Source: Geminisphaera colitermitum TAV2 (GTDB lineage Bacteria; Verrucomicrobiota; Verrucomicrobiia; Opitutales; Opitutaceae). Taken from it: DNA of 24,000 bases. Each line of letters starts with the position of its first letter. The first letter of the stretch is position 1. The notes beneath the pieces were generated by a model. The model was not told where the DNA came from, ran no database searches, and saw nothing but the letters and a program-made list of their open reading frames with translations. The stretch is taken from the NCBI RefSeq assembly GCF_000171235.2, contig NZ_ABEA03000006.1:14344-38343 (forward strand), written 5' to 3'. Position numbers and translations under genes: made by a program. This document shows positions 16,113 through 23,794 of the stretch, one piece after another.

Positions 16113-16667
16113 TTACGCGTGGGGACCGTAGGCAAAAGCGTCAAGCGCAACGTCCGCCTTGGTGGTGTTGGCGGCGGCGATGTGCCCGGATGGGGTCAAT
16201 GATGCGGCGGACATGGCGACGGCTTGCGTGGCGTGTTCTTCGCCGGTTGCAGTCAGGGCCGGTTCGTAAAGGAGCGCGTCAAGACCGAGGGTTTGCGTGG
16301 CGTTTTTCGACAATGTCGGGCCGGTGGCAGGCTCGTAAGTCCATGCGGCAAGTCCAACGTTTTGCGAGGGGGTTTCAATCGGGGAGACAACAGCGGCGCG
16401 TTCATACAGTCCCCAGCACACGGCGCGGATGCCGGTGCCGCCAAAGCTGCGAATGCTGCCGTCCGCCATGCCGCGCACAACAGGTTCCATCTCCATGTCT
16501 TCCGTCGCGTCTTCGTTGCTGTCGATGCGCGTTACGGGGACATACAGGAGCGCATCGAGCGCGGCGGAGAGTTTCGCGGTTTCGCTCGCAAACGGCACGC
16601 GCCAGCCACGCCGCACATAGAGGAGCGGCGTGGGGATGCACTGGATTTGCGGGCGGGCGAAGATCAC
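16113..16667 (-). CDS. Hypothetical repeat-containing phage protein
   Basis: Internal degenerate repeats LDALLYVPVT, LAAWTYEPAT, LDALLYEPAL, LDAFAYGPHA. Confidence 0.55.
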   Translation of the reverse strand: MIFARPQIQCIPTPLLYVRRGWRVPFASETAKLSAALDALLYVPVTRIDSNEDATEDMEMEPVVRGMADGSIRSFGGTGIRAVCWGLYERAAVVSPIETPSQNVGLAAWTYEPATGPTLSKNATQTLGLDALLYEPALTATGEEHATQAVAMSAASLTPSGHIAAANTTKADVALDAFAYGPHA

Positions 16668-16688
16668 GACGGAGGCGCGGTGTAGTGA

Positions 16689-16985
16689 TTACTTGGTGAC
16701 GGGTTTCGCGGCGGCGAGCGCGGCGGCAATGCCCTTGAGCGCGGCCACGTTGTCCGCTCCCAACGCGGCGGCAAGGTCTTCGCCGGTAATGGGGATCGGT
16801 TCGGATTGCGGAGCCCCCTGCGGACGCACGGCGGTTCCGTTTTCGAGCGCGTCAACCAGCTTGCCGATTTGCGCGGGGATGCTGTTGAGGACATTCACCG
16901 CTTGCGCGGCGAGTTGGGCGGCGGCGATGGCCGGAGTGATGTTTGCCTTAATCATTATTTTGCTTTTGTTGTAGTTATTAACCAA
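16689..16985 (-). CDS. Hypothetical small Ala-rich phage protein
   Basis: 98-aa ORF in operon (start may be MIKANITP, 10 codons downstream); ITPAIAAAQLAAQAVNVLNSIPAQIGKLVDAL. Confidence 0.5.
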   Translation of the reverse strand: MVNNYNKSKIMIKANITPAIAAAQLAAQAVNVLNSIPAQIGKLVDALENGTAVRPQGAPQSEPIPITGEDLAAALGADNVAALKGIAAALAAAKPVTK

Positions 16986-16994
16986 ATACTAAAA

Positions 16995-17684
16995 TCAGTA
17001 GAGGGGGCTAATAATGCCGTATTCGGCGAGCCGATCTGTAAGCGTGTTTACGCGGTCAATGACTTGGCTAAGCGGGGCATCGCTAGGAAGCTTGCTCAAC
17101 GTAAGGGGATTAGCTTCGGATTGAATGTCGAGGATTGCTTCCCCAAATATATTTACCACGCTCAGTCCCCCCAACAGCGTCGTAGGGCCATCGACGGAAA
17201 GCGGGGCAAAGACTTCTAAGTCAGATCGGATGGCTACGGGTGACAAAATATTCAAGAAATACTCCCCCCACTCTGCGACATAACCGCCCTCAGAGTTGTA
17301 GAGTATGCGGTTAGTCCAATCAATTGCCCCGACTGCGTATGCATCGTAGGCTATCCGTTCTTGCCAGTTGATCGCGACGACGTACCCGCTCAAATCGTAC
17401 AGTTCGCGCGTCCAGTGCCCGGCAGAGCGGATTCCCTCTCCGTCTGTCAGGTCCATTTGCCAGAGCGGAACAATCCCGTTCGAGCAGAGGACATTCCCCG
17501 GTTGACCGACCCCCATATCGTCCGTGGCGTCAAGGAACGGATTGCGCGGGGCGAAGTCTCCCAACAGCGTCGCAAGGGAGGCGCGGTTTCCACCGGGCGT
17601 GCCGGGGCGGGCGATTTCCACGCAATCGTCACCGGACAGGTCGAACAATTCCGGCAGATCAAAAATGGTTTTGTAGGATGGCAT
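16995..17684 (-). CDS. Hypothetical phage protein, possible appendage component
   Basis: 229 aa, MPSYKTIFDLPELFDLSGDDCVEIARPG...; C-terminus ends in coiled-coil-like SQVIDRVNTLTDRLAEYG typical of appendage proteins. Confidence 0.5.
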   Translation of the reverse strand: MPSYKTIFDLPELFDLSGDDCVEIARPGTPGGNRASLATLLGDFAPRNPFLDATDDMGVGQPGNVLCSNGIVPLWQMDLTDGEGIRSAGHWTRELYDLSGYVVAINWQERIAYDAYAVGAIDWTNRILYNSEGGYVAEWGEYFLNILSPVAIRSDLEVFAPLSVDGPTTLLGGLSVVNIFGEAILDIQSEANPLTLSKLPSDAPLSQVIDRVNTLTDRLAEYGIISPLY

Positions 17685-17694
17685 TGGTGCGAGT

Positions 17695-18285
17695 TTATGC
17701 GGTCCACCAGATTTCCGAAATCGTAGCGGCGAGGGGGGCGGTCTGCGGGTTGTGGATGCGGACGAATCCGCTCACGTGGTGCGTGATCGTCTCGTTGGCT
17801 CTCACAATGCCGGTTACGCCGTCGCTGGCGTCACGAAATTCCAGATACAGTTCGTTGCTCGTGTTGCTCACAACGACGGCCTTGCGACGCAGCAATGTGT
17901 TTTTGGGCGTGCCGAGCAAATCGACAAAACCGTTCGGCTGAATGATGACACTGCCACCGTTGGACGGGGCGAGCATTTCCGTGGGGGCTTCGATCTGGTC
18001 AAGCCGGTTGTCGGAGAACTTCACCACCCCGGCCCAAAATGAGACGAACATTTCTTTCTTCGTCGGGGAACGAAATTCGAGGCGCTCAAAAAACTCCGGG
18101 GCATCGAAGTCCAGACTCATTCCGCTTCGGAAAGTGGAATAAGGCATTGCGTCGATTTTGATTTCAACCGGGCCGGACGCGGAGAGTAGCGAGAAGTGAC
18201 GGCCATGCACCATTGCCACGCCGACTTGTCCCGGACCAGCGGGGATGACGACGTTTACGATGCTGCCTTGCTGGGAGGTTATCAT
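17695..18285 (-). CDS. Hypothetical beta-rich phage protein, candidate minor capsid/penton
   Basis: 196 aa with two successive beta-rich segments: GPVEIKIDAMPYSTFRSGMSLDFDAPEFFERLEFRS... and RRKAVVVSNTSNELYLEFRDASDGVTGIVRANETITHHVSGFVRIHNPQTAPLAATISEIWW. Confidence 0.45.
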   Translation of the reverse strand: MITSQQGSIVNVVIPAGPGQVGVAMVHGRHFSLLSASGPVEIKIDAMPYSTFRSGMSLDFDAPEFFERLEFRSPTKKEMFVSFWAGVVKFSDNRLDQIEAPTEMLAPSNGGSVIIQPNGFVDLLGTPKNTLLRRKAVVVSNTSNELYLEFRDASDGVTGIVRANETITHHVSGFVRIHNPQTAPLAATISEIWWTA

Positions 18286-18289
18286 GGCT

Positions 18290-19105
18290 TTATTTGTGTT
18301 TCAGGAGGGCGAGGGCGATGAGGCCGGCAATGACCGCGCCAACGATCAGCTTGGTCTGAGTGGAGGTGTTTCCTTCATCTGCTGCGCCGATGGCGGTTCC
18401 CGCGCTCGTGATTGCGCTTTCAGCCGCATTGATGGACTGGTTTGAGGTCTGCCGTGCGAGGTTGATGTTTTCCAGCGAGGCGATGTGCATTTTGTCCATC
18501 GCGCCCATGACGCCTTGCAGGGCCGTGTCCATGACTTGCATGTTGGAACCGACTGCGAGGTTCATTGCCCGGTCTTGGAATCCCAGCGCGGTTCCAGCCA
18601 GTTCCATGTTTGAGCCAATGGCCGTGTTGAACATGTCTTTGCCGACTGCGAGCGCATCGGTGCCGAAACTTAGCGCGTCCCGGCCAAAATTCATCGCCTC
18701 TAGGGTGGTGGCGAGGTTGCCCCCGATGGCAGTGTTGGCGATGTCCTTTGTTGCCTCCATCGCGGACTGGTTGACCTTCGTGTTTTCCGTCAACGCGGTC
18801 AGCGAGGTCAGCAAGGAGCCTTCCATCGCGCTCTCCGTGAGTGTTCCGAGTTGTGAGGCGGAATCCCCGGCAAACTTGAACGCGGCGTCAACGGTGCCGT
18901 GGTCAGTGCTGGTGGTGACAATGCTGGTTGAAATGGTGTTGTTGTTTCCAACTTTGCCAGTGATTGCGCCGCTGTTGTCGTTGAGCGACTGGTCAACGGT
19001 GTTGCGCGAACCGGAGCCAATGCCAACGCCTTGATCCTGCACGGTTGCGCTTTGATCGTATGCCTTGGTGCCTGATTCTACTTTTGTGCTTCCGAAAAGT
19101 CCCAT
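18290..19105 (-). CDS. Alpha-helical virion membrane-associated protein
   Basis: 271 aa from MGLFGSTK; repeated helices (AIGSNMELAGTALGFQDRAMNLAVGSNMQVMDTAL) and C-terminal TM LIVGAVIAGLIALALLKHK. Confidence 0.55.
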   Translation of the reverse strand: MGLFGSTKVESGTKAYDQSATVQDQGVGIGSGSRNTVDQSLNDNSGAITGKVGNNNTISTSIVTTSTDHGTVDAAFKFAGDSASQLGTLTESAMEGSLLTSLTALTENTKVNQSAMEATKDIANTAIGGNLATTLEAMNFGRDALSFGTDALAVGKDMFNTAIGSNMELAGTALGFQDRAMNLAVGSNMQVMDTALQGVMGAMDKMHIASLENINLARQTSNQSINAAESAITSAGTAIGAADEGNTSTQTKLIVGAVIAGLIALALLKHK

Positions 19106-19106
19106 G

Positions 19107-19490
19107 TTATTTCCTCCGTTTTTTCCCGAAAATGAAACTGGCGAGCCCAAACGTGAACAGCATGAGCGCGAGCCCGCCGCCAACGATGAAGGCCCATGTA
19201 GTGCCAGACCAACTACTGACCGGTTGCGACACTGCCGCCAACGCCGCTTGCAGTGGTTTCTCTTGTGACGCGTTGGAAGAAGCGCCGTCTTTCGCAACGG
19301 ATGCCACCGCATCGGCAGAGCCGCTTGCGGAAACGTCCCGTTGCGTCGAAGAACTGGACGTTGAGATGTCTCCAGACCAACCCCCGTTCACGATTTTGGG
19401 CGAAAAGATAATCGTGCCTGAATTGCTCGTTGGCCCGACTGTCGTGTTTGATGCGAGGCTGTTGCTTCCGGCGATGTCTAGCCAACTCAT
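19107..19490 (-). CDS. Small tail-anchored virion membrane protein
   Basis: MSWLDIAGSN...WAFIVGGGLALMLFTFGLASFIFGKKRRK. Confidence 0.55.
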   Translation of the reverse strand: MSWLDIAGSNSLASNTTVGPTSNSGTIIFSPKIVNGGWSGDISTSSSSTQRDVSASGSADAVASVAKDGASSNASQEKPLQAALAAVSQPVSSWSGTTWAFIVGGGLALMLFTFGLASFIFGKKRRK

Positions 19491-19494
19491 AGCG

Positions 19495-19782
19495 TTAACG
19501 ACGTTTGAAAATGAGCACGGCCCCGACAACGGCCAGAATCACGCCACCAGCGGCGGCGGCGATTTTCCAGATGGTGTTGCTCGTTTGTGTTTTCGTCCCG
19601 GTGCCACCAGCGGCATTGCCAACGGCTCCGGCAGTGGTTGCGGCCTGTTCTGCCAGCTTTTGCGCGGCGGCGGCCTTGGCCTGCGCTTCCGCCAGCTTTT
19701 CGGCCACTTTCGCCTGGCCGTAAGCGGTAGCCATTTCTTTGCCGCTGTCGAAAAGTCCCCCGACAAAATCTCCAAAGTCCAT
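19495..19782 (-). CDS. Small tail-anchored virion membrane protein
   Basis: MDFGDFVGGLFDSGKEMATAYGQAKVAEKLAEAQ...NTIWKIAAAAGGVILAVVGAVLIFKRR. Confidence 0.6.
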   Translation of the reverse strand: MDFGDFVGGLFDSGKEMATAYGQAKVAEKLAEAQAKAAAAQKLAEQAATTAGAVGNAAGGTGTKTQTSNTIWKIAAAAGGVILAVVGAVLIFKRR

Positions 19783-19876
19783 GTGTGTTTTTCCAGTTTA
19801 ACCCGCGCCATTTTTAGAGAACGGCGCGGGTGCTATGTTGTTGTTGTATTGGACCGGATGATACCGGTGTCGAAGG

Positions 19877-20758
19877 TCAGTAGCTGCCTTGAAGCGATTC
19901 GTTCAGGATCGTGACGGCCCCGGCTGTCGGTGAATGGATGCGGACGTTAAGCGAGCGACGGCCAATGATGGCATCGGCGGTTCCGTATTCATCGAAGGGG
20001 ATGGGGAACGTCCACACGCTGGCGGACATGTTGAGATCAGCCAACGCAAGGGCGTTGGTCTCCGCGTCCACGTCGAAATAGGACACGTCGTCGGCGAGCA
20101 CTTCCACGCGGTTGATTGCGCTGCCGTCCTGTTTTTGGAGAAACAGGCGGTTGATGGGCTGGTTGAGCGGCAGGGTGGTGAAGTTGTAAACGCCAGCCGA
20201 AATCGGCTGAGTGAACGTGGTCTGATGCATGATCGACTGGAGGAACGATCCGCCTTCCGGGATGGAGGGACTGCCAATCCAGTTGTCCACGCCGTTGATG
20301 CGGTAAGGAATGTTCCAGTCGTGCGCCTCGTAAGCCGTGATTGTGAGACCAGCGGCCTGCGCAGGCGTGAGGACTCCGGCGCGCACAAACATCTGAATTT
20401 CAAACGAGCGGACAAGCGCGGCGGGAGTGGGCCATGCGCCACGATACATCTGTTGCGGCGTTTCCTGCCACGGCTCCACAAAGTAAATGGGAATTTCGTC
20501 GTCGGCGACGGTCAGGTTGTTGAAGCGGGCGAGATTGCGCAGGATGGTGGCATCAACTTCGCGGACCGCCGCACCGTTGATGTTGATTTTGATTTCACCG
20601 ATAAGCTGTTCGACGGTGACGGGATTGGCGACGTCGGCGGGAATGCCAATTTTGTATTTCGCCCAGTGGTAGCGCGGCCCAACGGTCATTTTGGTATAGC
20701 AGAATGCGCCGGGGACGGGACTCGTGATGCCCGCAACGGGCTGTTTGATTGTCGGCAT
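19877..20758 (-). CDS. Double-jelly-roll major capsid protein, PM2 P2-like
   Basis: 293 aa. N-terminal P2-type domain (VTVEQLIGEIKININGAAVREVDATILRNLARFNN...IPIYFVEPWQE), C-terminal P2-like pattern (INRLFLQKQDGSAINRVEVLADDVSYFDVDAETNALALADLN...VWTFPIPFDEYGTADAIIGRRSLNVRIHSPTAGAVTILNESL). Size matches corticoviral P2. Confidence 0.8.
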   Translation of the reverse strand: MPTIKQPVAGITSPVPGAFCYTKMTVGPRYHWAKYKIGIPADVANPVTVEQLIGEIKININGAAVREVDATILRNLARFNNLTVADDEIPIYFVEPWQETPQQMYRGAWPTPAALVRSFEIQMFVRAGVLTPAQAAGLTITAYEAHDWNIPYRINGVDNWIGSPSIPEGGSFLQSIMHQTTFTQPISAGVYNFTTLPLNQPINRLFLQKQDGSAINRVEVLADDVSYFDVDAETNALALADLNMSASVWTFPIPFDEYGTADAIIGRRSLNVRIHSPTAGAVTILNESLQGSY

Positions 20759-20806
20759 GGTAGTTGTTTCGGTTGTGTGTTGTAGCGTTTTTCCGATACA
20801 GACGGA

Positions 20807-20941
20807 TTAGGCGGATGCGGCGGCTTTGCTGCCAGTCACGGCTTTTCCAACAGCGGGGACGCGGTTGATGAGGAACAAACCGACGATCACGCCAACGGCG
20901 GCGGTCACGACGGGAATCACGTAAACGAGGAGTTTCTTCAT
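20807..20941 (-). CDS. 44-aa single-TM peptide directly upstream of MCP
   Basis: MKKLLVYVIPVVTAAVGVIVGLFLINRVPAVGKAVTGSKAAASA. Confidence 0.5.
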   Translation of the reverse strand: MKKLLVYVIPVVTAAVGVIVGLFLINRVPAVGKAVTGSKAAASA

Positions 20942-21049
20942 GTCAGTTTTGTGTGTTAATGTTTTTGTATTTGTCTTTCCGATACGTCCTGTAATATCCA
21001 CCCGTTTTTACACAAAAAAAAGCCCTCTGGTTGTCGCCCTTTGCCGTTC

Positions 21050-21099
21050 GATGCTGCCCGATGTCGAAGGATGTCGCGCGATGTCGGAGAATGCTGGTG
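21050..21099. repeat. Five phased 10-bp degenerate direct repeats (consensus GATGTCGNNG)
   Basis: gatgctgccc gatgtcgaag gatgtcgcgc gatgtcggag aatgctggtg. Confidence 0.6.
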
Positions 21100-21108
21100 G
21101 TTGGACGT

Positions 21109-21137
21109 AAAAAAGCCCCGACGTTTCAGGCCGGGGC
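21109..21137 (-). terminator. Intrinsic terminator on the minus strand between early/packaging genes and the capsid operon
   Basis: Minus strand GCCCCGG-CCTGAAACGT-CGGGGC followed by TTTTTT. Confidence 0.75.
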
Positions 21138-21170
21138 GGGTTATATGTGTATTCTGTTTTTGGCTACCTT

Positions 21171-21191
21171 GGCGTTCTATAAACGAACGCC
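21171..21191. promoter_or_regulatory. Perfect 7-bp inverted repeat, candidate operator
   Basis: GGCGTTC-tataaac-GAACGCC. Confidence 0.4.
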
Positions 21192-21202
21192 CATTCCCAG
21201 AA

Positions 21203-21400
21203 CTAGGTGTTACGCTGACGCGCTACGATCTCACTAATCTGCCGACCTATTGCCTTGGATCGGAGACGGTGGTTCAGATATTGTTCTCGCTGCACATGGT
21301 ACATCCCTGTGCGCAAAAGGCGTCTCCGCATTGCGCCATGCATGGCGGCGCACGACACGTAGACCACCTCGTCCCCATATATTGGTATTGGTTTTTTCAT
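21203..21400 (-). CDS. Hypothetical small protein
   Basis: 65-aa ORF MKKPIPIYGDEVVYVSCAAMHGAMRRRLLRTGMYHVQREQ..., in operon orientation. Confidence 0.4.
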   Translation of the reverse strand: MKKPIPIYGDEVVYVSCAAMHGAMRRRLLRTGMYHVQREQYLNHRLRSKAIGRQISEIVARQRNT

Positions 21401-21424
21401 CGTGAAATTGCGTAACCAGCCGCG

Positions 21425-21709
21425 TCACCGAATGCCTCCGGCATCGGTGCGCTCGGTGTTCAGAGGAGGGATAATCATGAGTCCGCCGCAATCGGCGCAT
21501 TCGTAGATCTCGCCATCGGCATCCGCGACTTCGTGATCTTCGGCCACTCGATAGCGGCCAGCGTCATCCGAGGTTGCGCCGCAATCGGCGCACCGCGCAT
21601 TTCCGGGGATGTGCTCACCCGGTGCCGGGATATATGCCCGGTGATAATTATCGCGCAGCCAACCCTCAGAACCAGCCGGTTGCGCCAATGTCTCATTGTC
21701 ATTCGCCAT
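21425..21709 (-). CDS. Small zinc-ribbon-like protein
   Basis: Two CxxC pairs: RCADCGATSDDAG ... YECADCGGLMIIPP. Confidence 0.55.
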   Translation of the reverse strand: MANDNETLAQPAGSEGWLRDNYHRAYIPAPGEHIPGNARCADCGATSDDAGRYRVAEDHEVADADGEIYECADCGGLMIIPPLNTERTDAGGIR

Positions 21710-21971
21710 GTCGCACCTCCGGGTTAGACCTGTTTTTTTGGCCGACTGAAAAGCCGGTCATCCATGCTTCACGAAGCAGGCCAGAATCGAACTCCACTGG
21801 GGGCACCGTGTTTCCGCGCTCGCCGTCATAAACACCAAGGTCGAAAGCGATGTGTTCTTGCTCAGTGTGTCCGCAATCAGGGGGACAACCTCCGAGGTCG
21901 GGAATGTGCGCCGGTCTAACCAGAGCGCAGGAGGCAACGGGCGGTGCCGTAGTTGTGGTTTCGATACTCAT
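21699..21971 (-). CDS. Hypothetical small protein
   Basis: 90-aa ORF overlapping the next gene; C/H residues GGCPPDCGHTEQEH. Confidence 0.5.
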   Translation of the reverse strand: MSIETTTTAPPVASCALVRPAHIPDLGGCPPDCGHTEQEHIAFDLGVYDGERGNTVPPVEFDSGLLREAWMTGFSVGQKNRSNPEVRHGE

Positions 21972-22014
21972 AATTTCCGTGCCTCCTCTGAGGTGTTGGG
22001 CGGACCAAGTGTTT

Positions 22015-22536
22015 TCATAGTTTTAGTTTTCGTTTCACAATCGGAGAACCGGGGACGTAATGAAGGAACTCGTAGCTTTTTGCCGGGAGGTGTTGGGCGG
22101 CGAGCAAGCCGTTTTCCATGAAGGTCTCAGCCCAAAGCTCCGCCCCTTTTGCTGGTTGGCGGAAAAGGAAAACTTCGGTGAGGTTTTGGCGCATACCGGG
22201 CAGTAAATCGGTGGCGGAATGGCAAAGGACGTAGAGCAAATGCCCGTTGTGCCGGATGCGCGTAAAGAGCCATGACAGCGAGCGATCCCGGTCAATCGTG
22301 GCGGATGCGTCTTCGATCCATACGCAACAATTCCGCGAGCGTTCCACACTCAGGCAAAACCGGTCTTTGTCGTTTGTGACAAAGGAGCCTCGCGGCCATG
22401 CGTTGGTTTCAATTTGAGGATCGAAAACGATGTGCCGCCGCCCTTGCAAAACGGTAATCGCCCCCGCGAGTGAATGCGCGAGGGTGGATTTGCCGCACTC
22501 GGAAGGCCCGGCTATGGCAACGCGAACACTGGCCAT
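22015..22536 (-). CDS. Genome-packaging ATPase (FtsK/HerA, A32-like; PM2 P9-like)
   Basis: Walker A AGPSECGKSTL, Walker B-like CCVWIEDAS, SWLFTRIRHNGHLLYVLCHSATDLLPGMRQNLTEVFLFRQP (sensor/arginine region as in DJR-virus packaging ATPases); 173 aa. Confidence 0.75.
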   Translation of the reverse strand: MASVRVAIAGPSECGKSTLAHSLAGAITVLQGRRHIVFDPQIETNAWPRGSFVTNDKDRFCLSVERSRNCCVWIEDASATIDRDRSLSWLFTRIRHNGHLLYVLCHSATDLLPGMRQNLTEVFLFRQPAKGAELWAETFMENGLLAAQHLPAKSYEFLHYVPGSPIVKRKLKL

Positions 22537-22808
22537 TATTCGGCCCTCCCTTCCGGTTTTGGGGCGGTGTTTTCAGCGTTTAAGATGTGAGGCAGTTGGG
22601 GTCGATAGCTCAGCAAAATGACGATGAAAATGAGGACTAAAACCAGTTTTACCGGGGACCAAGGACCGGGCAAGCAGGCCCAAAAGAGGAAACTGCCTCC
22701 GGCCAAAACCGCGAGCGGATAAAACGTGCAAAGCAGCGTGTAAACGAGCCCGGTAAGCCCGCCAAAGCGGAGAGTGTTATGGGCGTGGAGATTGATGATT
22801 GCATTCAT
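22536..22808 (-). CDS. Small membrane protein, translationally overlapping the ATPase gene
   Basis: Two TM segments: GLVYTLLCTFYPLAVLAGGSFLFWACL and VKLVLVLIFIVILLS. Confidence 0.55.
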   Translation of the reverse strand: MNAIINLHAHNTLRFGGLTGLVYTLLCTFYPLAVLAGGSFLFWACLPGPWSPVKLVLVLIFIVILLSYRPQLPHILNAENTAPKPEGRAE

Positions 22809-22849
22809 TGTGTATTGTATTTTTGGTTACGTGTTGCGGTTGATTGCGG

Positions 22850-23779
22850 TCAAAAAACGGGATTTCCGGTGTTGCGGAACTGGGCCGGGACTTCCGGTGT
22901 GCGCGGCGCGTGTTCGGAAGGAACCGCAACCGGGGATGAGGAAGGGTCCACATGCGGCGTCGCGGGTGTCGCGGTGGCGGTATTTGCGGAAACGGTGCGG
23001 GGGGGGGCGGCGGCGGCAACCGGTTTGGGCTTTTTACCAAACCAGCTTTTCCACCAGCTTGCCAGTTTCGCCGACACACCCGGTTTTTGCGCGGTTGTCT
23101 CCACGTAAAGCCCCCAAAGCATGAGGAGCAAAACCAGCCCGGTTGCGACCCAACCTTTGCGCATGAGGTAAGCGGAGGTGCCGTCAACGAGCGCCTTGTG
23201 TTCCGCTGGTGTGGGGGTGGTTTCTTCCGGGTGTCCTGTGACAAAACCAAGTCCGGCATACGTGAGGCGGCAGACGGATTCAGCGGTTTTTTTTGCCGCA
23301 AGTTCCCGCGCTTCCGGTGTCTGCCCGTCGTCTGTTTTGCCCGGTTCCGTGCCAGAGGCCGTTTCTGTGGCGGTTTCCCCCGGTTCCTGTCCGGGGGCGG
23401 CTCCATTTCCTTTTGGGATAAACAGGTCGCTTTCCGGTGCAGAAACGGTGGTTTGTGCGGTTGTTTGCGCGGGAGAACCGCCCGCGTTTGCGGTGTCCCC
23501 GGTTTTGCGGGGGCGTCCGCCTTTCTGGTTTTTCCACCGTCCGATTTTATCTTTTTCCGGGCGGAATTTTTTGGGGTCAAACTTCCGCCCCAAGCTGTCC
23601 AGTTCGTCCAAGCGGTGGGCGCTTGCCTCGCTTTGTTCACTGGCACCGGTCGGAGCGGAAGAAACGGGTTTGCCGTCAACGGTAGTGGTCGCTTTGGGAG
23701 CACGTGCCAGCGCATCCGCGGCGAGGTTCGTGGCGTCCGTTATAACGGGCGGTTTTGTGTTTTCGGTTTCGATGTCCAT
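22850..23779 (-). CDS. Phage protein with disordered N-terminus, basic GRKFDPxxFxP...GRWKNQKGGRPRK motif and TM helix
   Basis: 309-aa ORF; LGRKFDPKKFRPEKDKIGRWKNQKGGRPRK; TM WVATGLVLLLMLWGLYV. Confidence 0.55.
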   Translation of the reverse strand: MDIETENTKPPVITDATNLAADALARAPKATTTVDGKPVSSAPTGASEQSEASAHRLDELDSLGRKFDPKKFRPEKDKIGRWKNQKGGRPRKTGDTANAGGSPAQTTAQTTVSAPESDLFIPKGNGAAPGQEPGETATETASGTEPGKTDDGQTPEARELAAKKTAESVCRLTYAGLGFVTGHPEETTPTPAEHKALVDGTSAYLMRKGWVATGLVLLLMLWGLYVETTAQKPGVSAKLASWWKSWFGKKPKPVAAAAPPRTVSANTATATPATPHVDPSSSPVAVPSEHAPRTPEVPAQFRNTGNPVF

Positions 23780-23794
23780 AGGTGGAAAAATGGG

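Noticed and set aside
21992-22100. Direct repeat GAGGTGTTGGGCGG at 21992-22005 and 22087-22100
   Set aside because: Two 14-bp copies only, one inside the ATPase coding region and no supporting structure; probably minor duplication or chance.
22015-22536. ATPase as inovirus Zot/pI protein (filamentous phage interpretation)
   Set aside because: Many tiny TM proteins and a small ATPase could suggest an inovirus. The 293-aa P2-like capsid protein, lack of pIII/pVIII-like genes and the large structural operon fit a DJR virus better.
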